Positions 27,027 through 38,706 of a DNA stretch of 64,000 nt are shown piece after piece. The position numbers and the translations under genes are program-made. Origin of the DNA: Malacoraja senta. Taxonomy: Eukaryota. The stretch spans positions 17,424,001 to 17,488,000 of the forward strand of contig CM075988.1 of the NCBI GenBank assembly GCA_038087875.1, in the 5' to 3' direction. A model generated the notes under the pieces. It saw nothing but the letters and a program-made list of their open reading frames with translations. It was not told the origin of the DNA and ran no database searches. Positions within the stretch are counted from its first letter, which is position 1; each line of letters opens with the position of its first letter.

Positions 27027-27955
27027 ACTTAATCATTAACATATTACTCAAAATGGACCCCCCTGCTCTCCTTTATGCAAGCTATGCTTAGATTATTCTA
27101 TTAAAAAAAATCTTTGCTCATCCATTTAAAACTCCTTTACGTCACTGGCAGAACATAAATACAGCTGTTCTACCCCTTTGCTAGCTACCTGCAGCTTGGG
27201 TTCAATCTCAAATTAGTGTATGACATAGGCTGACCTCCTAATGGGGGAAAAACTGCACTGATGGAGATGTTGAAATTTAGATGAGATATTAAATGGAGGT
27301 TTTACCGGCCCTCATATGTGAATGTTATAAAAATCTGTTTATCTTTTCTGAAGAACAAGGAAGGGCCCTATATTTATCCGTCTAAAGTACTTGTAAGCAG
27401 CGTACTATTGCTGCTTATGGGAGCTTGCAATACGTAAATCGCTGCCACATACCCTATAATATATCATGGTCTGTACTTCAATTGACCGTAAAATATATTA
27501 GAATGCTTTAATGTTGTGGAGGATGCTAAATAAACATGGATGTCTAGTACTTGTTCTTAATAATCAAACGTCTTGCCCTGATCTCATCAAACGCTGAGAT
27601 AAGTGAATTACTAGCTTAGCAAACATCGGGACCTTCATGCAAATTGGCAAAAGTCCAACCTTGTCCTAACGTACCAAATAACCTTTATCGCATCACTACA
27701 GACGGGTGGACAGTTAGTCAAAAATAAAATTGTATGGCATGTTATCCAAAAATACTTTAGAAATTTAATCTGCTCATTGTACTGGGCACTGCTGGAGAAA
27801 CCATGGTGGCAGCCATTTTGGGTTCCATACAAACCAACGCCAGGTTGCATTGGCTAAGATAAGGTGACAAGTTGCTGACACTTAGTAGACCTGAAGATGC
27901 GGAGGACAGGTGAACCTATAAAGGTTTTGTCTACTGATGTTAAAAACGCTTGTCA

Positions 27956-28245
27956 TTTAGTTTAATGGTGCAGCATGAAAACAGGTCCTTCAGCCCATCG
28001 AGTTCATGCCAACACTAGTTCTAGATTATTCCACTTATTTTCATCCACTCACTACACATTAGGGGGGCAATTTACAGTGGACGATAAACCCACAAACCCA
28101 CACATCTTTGGGGTATGGGAGGAAACCGGGGCACCTGGAGGAAACCCACCTGGTCACGGGGAGAACATGTAAACTCCATACAGACAGCACCCGAGATCAA
28201 GATTGAATCCGGATCTCTGGTGGTGTGAGGCAGTAGCTCTACCAG
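27956..28245 (-). mobile_element. HE1-like SINE
   Basis: Family consensus in reverse. Confidence 0.8.
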
Positions 28246-29220
28246 ACCTACACTACTCAGATAGACCAATGATCAGAATCTCTGAATCAGTTTTTCACTT
28301 AGACATTGGGTTTAAACATAGCTGGATAGTGGCAGGGTAGCAGACATATTGGAAAGCTTTTCGTATGATGGCTTTTGGACTAAAAATAGCATTGCTGTGC
28401 CCAAGACCCAGGATCCTTTTTCTAAAATTCAAAACCTCTCTTTGCATTTCCCTTGTTTTTGAGAGTACTATATTGTACTATATTGACTATCTTGTATTAT
28501 ATATGCCTTTCCCCACTGCTGTTCAGGGCTGAGATCTGCTTCGATTTTAGTCTGACTCCAAGTGTTCTTTACTACACATGCCAGCTTATCTGCACATCAT
28601 CGTGAGTAGTTGACTCACATCACGTAATGTATACCTCATCAACCTATAATCTGATACACTGCTATTAAATATACACCCAGTGCTTCTCGAATAGAAGGTT
28701 ATGGGAATAAAAAAAAAGCAAGCCAATGTCTCGTGCTGACCCCTAATACTGGCGCTGGGAACAGCCAGCAAGCACGACGTGTTATGAGTCACCATTGCAG
28801 CGACCTAATCCAAGTCCAGTAACGCACTGTGGTCTCTCTGCACTCTTATCTCACTATTGTCCTGATCACACTCTAATGGTGCAATGTTGGCAACTTCAAT
28901 ATCAGGCAATGTGTCCTGTAATCAACTGGTTGCATTCACCAGAAAATACCTTGGCCCATTTTAGTTTGCCATCCAAATGGTTTCTATTTCCACTCTCTCT
29001 CACAACTGGCACCATCGCCATTTATGTCATTCAGTCTCTCTTGGTCTCCATGCCGTCACGGGCATGTCCATTGTTCTGCGCAGCACCATCCAATGGGTTC
29101 TTAAAAGAATATAAACCTTGTGTGTAGGAAGGAAATGCAGATGCTGGTTTACAGGGAAGATAGACACAAAATGCTGGAGTAACTCAGCCGGTTAGGCAGC
29201 ATCTGTGAAGAAAAGGAACA

Positions 29221-29253
29221 GGTGACGTTTCGGGTTGAGACCCTTCATCAGAC
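29221..29253 (-). ncRNA. Minimal hammerhead ribozyme motif, intact core, in PLE pLTR (about 29121-29253)
   Basis: GT-CTGATGA-A-GGGTCTCAACCC-GAAA-CGTC-ACC. Confidence 0.7.
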
Positions 29254-29324
29254 CCTGTTGCTTCTATTTATCCATCTACAAGATTCTTGTGCACATTTTT
29301 CATTTGCAGGTTCTCTCTGGGTCA

Positions 29325-29596
29325 TGAAGGCGTGACGTGTGGACATCCAATACATAAGAGCGAGCGTTTAGGAGGCTGGCGAGATGGATGGGGATGGATT
29401 TGCCGGCTATCGCAAGGCTGTGGGGTGGGAACGGGGAATTTCCACGTTACTGCTCTGCACACAACTCCTCCCCTCCCCTAGCTGCAGCAATGGGGGGCTG
29501 GGTGGGATCGTGCCGAGGTGGGCGCGTTGAGCGGACCCACTCACCGAGTCAGTGAAGCCGGCTGGCGGCTGCTCTTCCCACCGGCTCGCTGTCCCA
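29325..29596. promoter_or_regulatory. CpG/GC-rich non-repetitive patch, possible intronic promoter or enhancer
   Basis: Many CpGs, GGGAATTTCC at 29434-29443, and a minus-strand donor CG|GTGAGT with exon side ending at 29545. Confidence 0.35.
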
Positions 29597-29599
29597 TAG

Positions 29600-29992
29600 A
29601 TACATTCATAGAAAATAGGTGCAGGAGTAGGTCATTCGGCCCTTTGGGCCAGCACCGTCATATAATGTGATCATGGCTGATCATCCACAATCAGTACCCC
29701 GTTCCTGCCTTCTCCCCATATCCCTCGACTCCGCTAGCCCTAAGAGCTCTATCTAACTCTCTTTTGAATACATCCAGTGAATCGGCCTCCACTGCTTTCT
29801 GAGGCAGAGAATTCCATAAATTCACAACTCTCTGGGTGAAAATGTTTTTCCTCATCTCAGTTCTAAATGGCCTACCCCTTATTCTTAAACTGTGACCCCT
29901 GGTTCTGGACTCCCCCAACATCGGGAACACGTTTCCTGCGTCTAGCGTGTCCAATCCCTTAAAAATGTGATATGTTTCTATAAGATCCCCTC
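29600..29992 (-). mobile_element. CR1 LINE 3' fragment
   Basis: ORF 29691-29954: ESRTRGHSLRIRGRPFRTEMRKNIFTQRVVNLWNSLP. Confidence 0.9.
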
Positions 29993-31299
29993 ACATTCTT
30001 CCAACTCCCACTTCACAGCTACTTCTGTGACCCTCTCCCACTCACATCTTTCTTGTTCGTTTCTGACTCACAAACAGTACTCTGGAACTGAAACCTGTCA
30101 CAATCTAGGGACTTGCTGTACAAGGGAATTTTCCAATTGTCTAAAAGCGCCTTGTCCTTAATAATCTTGTGTACCTCAAGAACTCATCTTCTCGAGTATT
30201 ACCTTCCCACGCTAAAAGGCCTAATTTTCCTGATTCAGTCTTATCAACCTACTAATTCCCTCCTAATCACACACGTTTCAAGGTAACCTTATCAGCAGTA
30301 CCCAAGGCAATTACAACATCACTCTGCCAGGCTGAATTGAGGAAGTGGAAGCGGAGATCTTTAAACATGTCACCAGGTTTGATGTCTGGCCCTAAATGGT
30401 CTTAATTTCAATGTTTTCCAATTACATAAATGCTTGTTAAAGTCAATTATTGGTCCTGAAGTAACTTCCTGTTTTGTCATTTTAAGCTAAACTAGTAGAT
30501 ATGGACCACATTCTGGTTAAAAAAAACATATGGACACCACATTCTGATTCATTACTAATTCTTCTCAGTTCTAAGGACTGACCTGAGACATCCATCCCTC
30601 CCCAACCTAGTCATCCTACGAGTTTCACTGTCGTCCTGCTTAGTTTCATTGCTTGCATCCCTCACGGGTTATTGATTGGGGACGATCAGCCATGATCGCA
30701 ATGAATGGCTCGAAGGGCCGAATGGCCTCCGCCTGCACCTATTTTCTATGTTTCTATGCACCCCCTCATTAGCACCTTTTCCACAGCCAACAATGGACCA
30801 TTGTGGGCTCCACCTTTCCTTGATCATCAGTGCTGGCTTTGATTTGTTCTTTTCATATCTTTCATTCATTTCTTCTTTGTATCTTTTCATATCTCTAGTT
30901 TCCCATCCTCTGACTCTTAGTCTGAAGGTGAGTCTCAACCCGAACCGTCACCTATTCCTTTTCTCCAGAGATACTGCCTGACCCGCTAAGCATTTTGAGT
31001 TTATCTTCAGTGTAAACCAGCACCTGCAGTTCCTTCCTACACCTCATGAGCATTTCCAACGTTCTCTGTTATCAAATTATCCCTGGCAACAGTCCACTAC
31101 TAATCACCCAAAATCAACATTTTTATAGCAACAGTTTAATTAGTCTTTACCACATTGCTATTCATTGGAGTTTGCGTGCTTCTTTTGGTGGTGTATTCTC
31201 CACATAGTTGGTTTTGACTCGTATCAACTCCAACTTTAGCAAGAACCTGGACCCACTAAACTTGTCTACTGCTGCATAAATCAATCTCTCTGGCTCTAT

Positions 31300-32490
31300 A
31301 CTCTACATTGGACAACATGACCATGTTCGTCAGGCCTTTGCTCATTGACTACAGCTCAGCATTCAACACCATTATCCTCTCCAAACCTGTAATCAATCTG
31401 GGTCTCTGCAAATCACTAAGCAACTGAATCCTCAACTTCCTCATCAGCAGACCACAATCAGTAACAATTGGCAACAACATTTCCTCCTCGATAACCATCA
31501 GCATAGAAGCACCTCGGAGCTGTGTGCTCAGTTGCCTGTTCTACTCACTCTACACCCATGACGATGTAGTCAAACACAGTTCCAACACCATTTTAAAATT
31601 TGCTGACACCACCACCATAATTGCATGAATTGCGGGTAATAATGACACGGAGTATAGGAGGGAGGATGATAATCAGATTCAATGGTGCCAGAACTACAAC
31701 AACTTCCTGGCATGCAAATCTCTGAAGGTATGTCCTCGACCGAGCACATTGATGCAATGATAAAGAAAGCCGATCAACGCCTTTACTTCCTTAGAAAAAA
31801 AGGTTGAGGAGATTAAGTATGTCTCGACCCGAAACGTCACCTATTCCTTCCTTCCATAGATGCTGCCTCACCCGCTGAGTTTCTCCAGCATTTTTGTCGA
31901 CCTTCGATTTTTCCAGCATCTGCAATTCCTTCTTAAACATTCAGTATGTCGACGACTACTCTCTAACTTCCACAGGTGTACGGAGAGAGCATATTGGCTG
32001 GTTGCATCACAGTCTGGTTCAGAGACTCAAATGCCCAAGGACGAAGGCAATTACAAAAAGTGTTATATACTTCCCAGTCCATCACAGGTACTGACCTGCC
32101 CACCATCAAATACATGTTTACAAAGGCGCTGCCTCAAAAAGACAACCAACATCAACAAGGACCTGGCCACATTCATATTTCACTCCGACATTTGGGAAGA
32201 AGAGATATGAGTCTGTAAACTGTGATCTCCAGGTTCAAGTACAGCTTCCACCCAACAACCATCAGGCTCCATCTAACACACTACAAAACACCGACTAAAG
32301 TATGACCTGTCTTGGTCGCACTAAGGACTTTGGGCTTTTTGCATTAACATTAGGGTTTCTAATATTGATTTTTTCTTGTTTATTATGTTATCTATGAGTA
32401 CTGTGTTTACGGGCCTATAATCCTGCTGCAGATAAGTATTTCATTGTTCCGTTGTCAGTACATATGACAATTAAACATTCATGTCTCTTG
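31300..32490 (+). mobile_element. Rex/Babar-like LINE RT remnant, interrupted by a PLE pLTR (31824-31938)
   Basis: DYSSAFNTII, ..CVLS..YSLYTHD, KFADTT and ESILAGCITVWF motifs. The PLE insert has TSD att(a/c)agtatgtc. Confidence 0.85.
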
Positions 32491-32682
32491 ACACTTCATA
32501 ACAGCGACCCCACTTTATTGCTGTAGTGTGATTGAGTCGTTCTCAAAGGGGCTGAATGGCCACTACATACAAGCTCTGCTATCCAAGCCTAAACCAACAA
32601 CTGGAGATAAAGGAGTAGCGATCTCCATCCCCACTTCCTCACTGACATGGCTGCTGAACACCCAAGTCAAACTTTACCCTTT

Positions 32683-33325
32683 GTGTAGGAAGGAACTGCA
32701 GATGGAGGTTTACACTGAAGATAGACACAAAATGCTGGAGTAACACAGTGGGTCAGGCAGCATTTCTGGAGAAAAGGAATAGGTGATGTTTCAGCTCATG
32801 ATCTTTCTTCAGACTGAGAGTCAGGGAAGAGGGAAACTAGAGGTATGAAAAAGTTCAGGACAAATCAGGTGACCAAGCACCGATGACCAAGGTAAGGTGG
32901 AGCCCACAATGATCCATTGTTGGCTGTGGAAGAGGTGATAACGAAGGGATATATGGATGCGATCAGTGGAACTAGCAGGACTACTAGAGCAGGGGATGGA
33001 TGAAGAGAGAGGAAATGCAAGGGTTACTTGAAATTAGAGAAATTAATATTCATACCGCTGGGTTGTAAGCTGCCCAAGCAAAATATCTATGAGGTGCCAT
33101 TCCTCCAATTTGCACGTGGCTTCACTCTGGCAGTGGAGGAGGCCCAGGAATGAAAGGTCAGTATGGGAATGGGAAGGGGAGTTGAAATGATTGGCAACCG
33201 GGAGATTGCATAGGCCAAGGTGAACTAATTTCCCTCTCCCCTGGCTCTCAGTCTGAAGAAGGGTCTCGACCCAAAACGTCACCCACTCCTTTTCTCCAGA
33301 GATGCTGCCTGACCTGCTGAGTGAC
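32683..33325 (-). mobile_element. 5'-truncated PLE (GIY-YIG end, UTR, pLTR) joined to an inverted pLTR
   Basis: Reverse translation LPVANHFNSPSHSHTDLSFLGLLHCQSEATCKLEE. An opposite-strand pLTR lies at about 33225-33325. Imperfect TSD tcaaactt(t/c)acc at 32667-32678 and 33326-33337. Confidence 0.85.
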
Positions 33326-33650
33326 TCAAACTTCACCTGCCTTCAAATTGCAGAGCTCCATTTCCCAATCCAGATTGCGCAGTGATCAGATTCCACAAGA
33401 GGTCATAAAATCCATACAGCTTTTAGGTAATGCATAATGAAAAGTGAACAATCTGACTAATGGATGGGAATAATTCTTAGTTATTTTTTGGACTCAGTCC
33501 AATCAACTTAAAACCAAGGGTAAGAATGTGATTTGAGAACACAAGATTCTTCAGAAGCCAATTTCCTCTCAGTCCATTAATGGCTTCTATTTATTTTGTT
33601 CTAAGAATATAGCTTTGGTCTTAATCCATCCCCCTCAGACCTAATTCTTA

Positions 33651-33941
33651 TGGGCCTGTCTCACCTAGGAGATTTTTCAGGCAACTGCCGGCGCCTGAAA
33701 AAACGGCAACTGGAACAGGCGACTGTTAGAGTGAAACACACACACACATCGCTTCCTTCACCAGCCCGTTATGCAGGCGTGGGACAGGGCAAGCGGGTGG
33801 AGCGCTGACTGAGTGAAATTCACATGGTGCAAAGCCAAGGTGATACCGCGTTGGACAGGAAGGTTGGCGCTGTAATTAAGACGGCCAAAGCACAGTGGCG
33901 ACTGCATAGTCTCCTGCAGTCGCCTAAGTGAGACAGGCCCA
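33651..33941. mobile_element. MITE, PIF/Harbinger-like
   Basis: TIR tgggcctgtctcac(c/t)tagg with perfect TTA TSD at 33648-33650 and 33942-33944. Confidence 0.88.
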
Positions 33942-35081
33942 TTACTCACCTCGACAGTATCTTCTTTTTCAAGGTCTGTAATACTCTCTATTTACCTCTT
34001 TGCTTGTTCCCGTGTGTTCCCCTCTTTCTTAGCCAAAAGAAAAGGCAAATGTTCACTCCTTGAAGTTGGAGAATTGTGGGTTCAAGCTCCACTCAGGAGA
34101 CCCTCTGGCCTTTAACACATGGGTGACGGGTCAGTGCTGTGTTGAATGATTGCTGCTCTGTTAAGGCAGCCTGGATTCAAATGAAACATTGGTAGAGAAG
34201 GCGGAGGTATGTTCCCTCATGACATTTAAGAAGCATCAAGACAAGTACTTGAATCACCACAGCATAGAAGGCTAGAGCAAATACAGGTAAATGGGGCTAG
34301 TACAATGATCAGCATGGAAATGGTGGGCCGAAAGGCCTGTTTGTGCTGTTGTATTCCATGACTATTAACTTAGGGCATGATCTTCAAGTGATTATTTCCA
34401 ATATTCAAAAAGACCCATCCATACAAACAACAGATAAGACCCACAATTAGACCCGTCTTACATGGCTCACAGTTGAATCCAGGTATCACCTTTCATTCAC
34501 ATCTAATGTACTTGCCTGCACCTCCTCACCCTATTTATACCATGCAACACGACTGTCCTTCCAATTGACTTTGCACGGTGACATTGGTAGAACTACGGGA
34601 GCTTTGTGACTACAACACAACATCACAGTCATGAAAGGAGAACAGAGAGGATATTAAAGAACTCCATTAAAAGAATTAAACCGGATAGTAAAAATTCTCA
34701 CTTACACAAAACACACATTCAGTTTACATATTGCTTTGGGTTGGGAGAATCAAGTTGTTTCTCAGGATCTTGAGGGATTTTAGCCAAGACATTCAATGTT
34801 TCCATCTAGAAAAATTGCTAACTGATCAAATAAAAATACAACCTGCCAGTGCAGCCATAGCTCCTCCAACTAGGTAACTAAATGCAACATAAAATTGGCA
34901 TTCAAAAGACATTAGGATATGCATAAAGATCTGCAGGGAATGAAGAGATACGAGTTATCTGCGGGTAGATAAATGATGGTCTTGGCATCTTGTTTGGCAC
35001 AGATATTGCGGGTTGAAGGGCCTGTTCTTGTGCTGTAATGTTCTATTTTCTATGATCTAACAGAGCACACGAATACACATG

Positions 35082-35222
35082 AAGTGCTGGAGCAACTCAG
35101 GGGACAGGCAGCACGTCTGGAGAAAAAGGATGGGCGACGATTCGGGTCGGGATCCTTCTTCAGTTCCTCCAGCACTTTATGTCTATCTTCGGCATAAACC
35201 AGCATCTGCAGATCCTTTCTAA
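35082..35222. mobile_element. Inverted PLE pLTR pair with 15-bp TSD
   Basis: acac(g/t)aatacacatg at 35067-35081 and 35223-35237. Confidence 0.78.
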
Positions 35223-35583
35223 ACACTAATACACATGTCTCCCTGCAGTCGGTCTCAATACAACAATATGGGGAACAACCATGCTTGCCTTGCTATTCCA
35301 GGATGCTGAGTACACTTACCGCACCTCTACCACTGTCACGGAGGTAACATTATCTCAGGAGCACAGCTGTGGCCTTATTAGATTCGAATGTCAGTTGTAC
35401 AGTGGGCACTGCGAGCTGTATTTAATATATTTGCACAGAGCTTACTTTCATATTTCCATTTGTTGTACAGGGGCATTTCTTCAATGGATTGGCAATATAT
35501 CAATGGAATGATGTCAGCCCAAAGCATTAGCAATTGTACAATAACTAGGAGCATGCACTATTGCACATCAGGAGTCAAAATAT

Positions 35584-35774
35584 TCAAGAAGGAACTGTAG
35601 ATGCTGGAAAATCGAAGGTACACAAAAATGCTGGAGAAACTCAGCGGGTGCAGCAGCATCTATGGAGCGAAGGAAATAGTCTGAAGAAGGGTTTCGGCCC
35701 GAAACGTTGCCTATTTCCTTCGCTCCATAGATGCTGCTGCACCCGCTGAGTTTCTCCAGCATTTTTGTCTACCT
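35584..35774. mobile_element. Young inverted PLE pLTR pair with perfect 14-bp TSD
   Basis: aggagtcaaaatat at 35570-35583 and 35775-35788. About 60-bp near-perfect inverted arms surround a hammerhead core. Confidence 0.9.
35679..35711 (+). ncRNA. Minimal hammerhead ribozyme motif, intact core
   Basis: GT-CTGAAGA-A-GGGT-TTCG-GCCC-GAAA-CGTT-GCC. Confidence 0.72.
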
Positions 35775-36683
35775 AGGAGTCAAAATATATTTGGTTAGAA
35801 ATTACGGCAGTGGTGTGTGACTGCTTTAACACTGAGAGAGTTTACAGTCAGTCTGCACAGAGAGCTACTGTCAATGACAGATAGAGGACGGGCTCTCTCC
35901 GTATGCCCTTGTTTCATGTTTCATCAAGTGGGCCGTGGCCGTGTTCAGTGGGGAGGTGACAGATTATTGACCATTATTTTCAAAAGAGGGGCACAGTGCC
36001 GGGAATGCAATGTGGGAGAGAAACTGCGCTTTGTATTCGAGGAGCCACCTGGGGTAGGAGAAAGAAAGAGTGACTTAAGTGAACTGCAGCAGAGAGAGAA
36101 AGAGAGAGTGTACATGAGTGAGGAGAGGGAAAATTACAAATTAAAACAGAACCAGAGAGACATGTTGATATGGATTAAAACATGCCATTTATGCAACAGA
36201 GTCAGTAAGTGTGAATCTGCCTTGGGTGGAGATTGTTATTGTGGCGTCAACACTGACAGGGGAAGAGTTACTTGACATTTTAGGATACCACAAAATTATC
36301 TTCAGCTCATGGCATACAATGAACTGCATTAGACGCTGGCTATTACATATGAATAAACTGTTGCCAGTTTCTGCACATCGCATTAATTTTTTTTATAAAT
36401 AATGAATTAATCTATTTTAGTCAAGAGACGTTGAGGAGGAATATTCCCCGAGATACTGAACAAACTTCCTGTTCTTCTTTTCAGCAAAGTGTGACTGGAT
36501 TTCTATCAAGGGACTGAATAGGCAGCATTGAGCCTGACTTGAAGATCAGTGCCCCCAACAATGAAGCACTCTCTCAGTGTCACTCTGGAGATGATGAATT
36601 AAGGCCGTTGGTATTGACACTCAATCCACAACCTCTCCCTCTGGGGTGAAGATTCCAGAAGCACAGTGACCAGAGCATTTCGC

Positions 36684-37185
36684 ACAGAAACATGGAAAAT
36701 AAGTGCAGGAGTAGGCCATTTGGCCCATCGAGCCAGCACCACCATTCAATATGATCATGGCTAATCATCCAGAATCAGTACCCGGTTCCTGCTTTCTCCC
36801 CATATCCCTTGATTCCGTTAGCCCTGAGAGCTGTATCTAACTCTCGCTTGATTACATCCAGTGAATTGGCCTCCACTGCCTTCTGTGGCAGAGAATTCCA
36901 CAAATTCACAACTCTCTGGGTGAAAACAATTTTCCTCATCTCAGTCCTAAATGGCCTAGCCCTATTCTTAAACTGTGACCCCTGGTTCTGGACTCCCCCA
37001 CATGAGGAACATTTTTCCTGCATCCAGCCTGTCCAATCCCTTAAGAACTGTATATGTTTCTATAAGATCCCCTCTCATCCTACTAAATTCCAGTGAATAT
37101 AAGCCCATTCAATCCATTCTTTACTCATATGTCAGTCCCGCCATCCCGGGAATTAACCTGGTGAACCTAAGCTGCACTCCCTCAA
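36684..37185 (-). mobile_element. CR1 LINE 3' fragment
   Basis: ORF 36775-37023: PFRTEMRKIVFTQRVVNLWNSLPQKAVEA. Confidence 0.9.
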
Positions 37186-37247
37186 ATATGGATCACAAAA
37201 TCTTGAGCATAGCTAAAATGTATAACTATCTAATGCCTATGTGCACA

Positions 37248-38706
37248 TTTAGTTTAGCTTTGTTTTACAGATACAGCGAGGAAACAGGTCCTTCAGCCTA
37301 CTGAGTCCGCACTGACCAAGCATCACCCCTATACACTATCCTACATTCTAGGGGCAATTTACAGAGGCCAATTAACCTACAAACCTGCATTCCAAACCTC
37401 TCGAATGTGGGAGGAACCCGGAGCACCCGGAGAAAACCCACTTGGTCACAGTGAGACAATAGACAATAGGTGCAGGAGTAGGACAATTCGGCCCTTTGAG
37501 CCAGCACTGCTATTCACAGTGATCATGGCTGATCATCCACAATCAGTACCCCGTTCCTGCCTTCTCCCTATTGGCCCTGTCCCACAGGCAGGCGGTTACT
37601 GGCGGTGAAGCGCGGCGCCCCCGGAAGCGGGGACCGCGCGGCTACCGCGAGAGCGCCGTGCGTATGCCGCGGGAGCGCCGCACGGATGCCGAGTGATCTC
37701 CGTACGGCCGGTCCCACGAGCTTGCAGTAAGTAAAAAAAAATTAAACCTTACCGGAAGCTGTTGCCGCACGTATGCCGGGTGGTCACCGCACGGCCTGTC
37801 CCACGGGCCGACTGGAATGGATGTCGCGCGGCGTCGGGTGAAGACGTCATCGCGCAATGCAACGCGCTACGCGATGACATCAATTTGGCTCGCGGCGCTG
37901 TGGCGGTGCTCGTGCCGCTCGCGGCGCACTGGCGGCGCTGTGGCGGTGCTCGTGCCGCACTGGCGGCGGCTGTGCGGTAGGACAACATTTTTGAACGTTG
38001 TCGACTTTTTGTGAGCACCGTGCGGTGTTGGTACCAACACCGCACGGTCCCGGTGGTGTGCGTGGGACCGACCCCGCGGGCCATGCACGGTCTCTGGCGG
38101 TCCACGAGCGGTCCCGACTTGCTGCTTCACCGCCAGTAACCGCCAGTAACCGCATACCCGTGAGACAGACCTTTAAATCCCCTGGCTCCGCTATCTTTAA
38201 GAGCTCTTTTCTAACTCTCTCTTGAAAGCATCCAGGGAATTGGCCTCCACTGCCTTCTGGGGCAGAGAATTCCACAGATTCACAACCCTCTGTGTGAAAA
38301 AGTTTTTCCTCATCACCGTTCTAAATGGCTTACCCCTTATTCTTAAACTGTGGCCCCTGGTTCTGGACTCCCCCAACATCGGGAACATGTTTTCTGCCTC
38401 TAGCGTTTCCAAACCCTTAATAATCTTATATGTTTCAATAAGATAACCTCTCATCCTTCTAAATTCCATAGTAAACAAGCCCAGCCGCTCCATTCTATCA
38501 ACAAATGAGAGTCCCGCAATCCCGGGAATTAACCTCGTGAACCTACGCTGCACTCCCTCAATAGCGAGAATGTCCTTCCTCAAATTTGGAGACCAAAACT
38601 GCACAGAATACTCCACGTTCACGTGCAAACTCCAAACAGACAGCACCCATAGGATTAAACCCAGGTCTCTGGTGTTCTAAGGCAGCAATTCGGTCCCTGT
38701 GCCACC
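37248..38706 (-). mobile_element. HE1-like SINE split by a CR1 fragment (about 37455-38615)
   Basis: The SINE 3' half ends at ...ggtcacagtgaga and resumes at acgtgcaaactcc...gtgccacc. CR1 ORF at 38197-38646. Confidence 0.85.
37572..38173. mobile_element. GC/CpG-rich MITE, PIF/Harbinger-like, nested in CR1
   Basis: Termini tggccctgtcccac / gtgagacagacctt, with subterminal inverted gcggttactggcggtgaagc. It interrupts the CR1 3' region. Confidence 0.85.

Noticed and set aside
33951..33976. Tiny minus-strand exon candidate with GTGAGT donor
   Set aside because: Weak acceptor, no ABCG homology, and adjacent to a MITE boundary.
37642..38275. Cluster of overlapping Arg/Ala-rich ORFs
   Set aside because: They lie inside a GC-rich MITE and have no transposase or other domain motifs.
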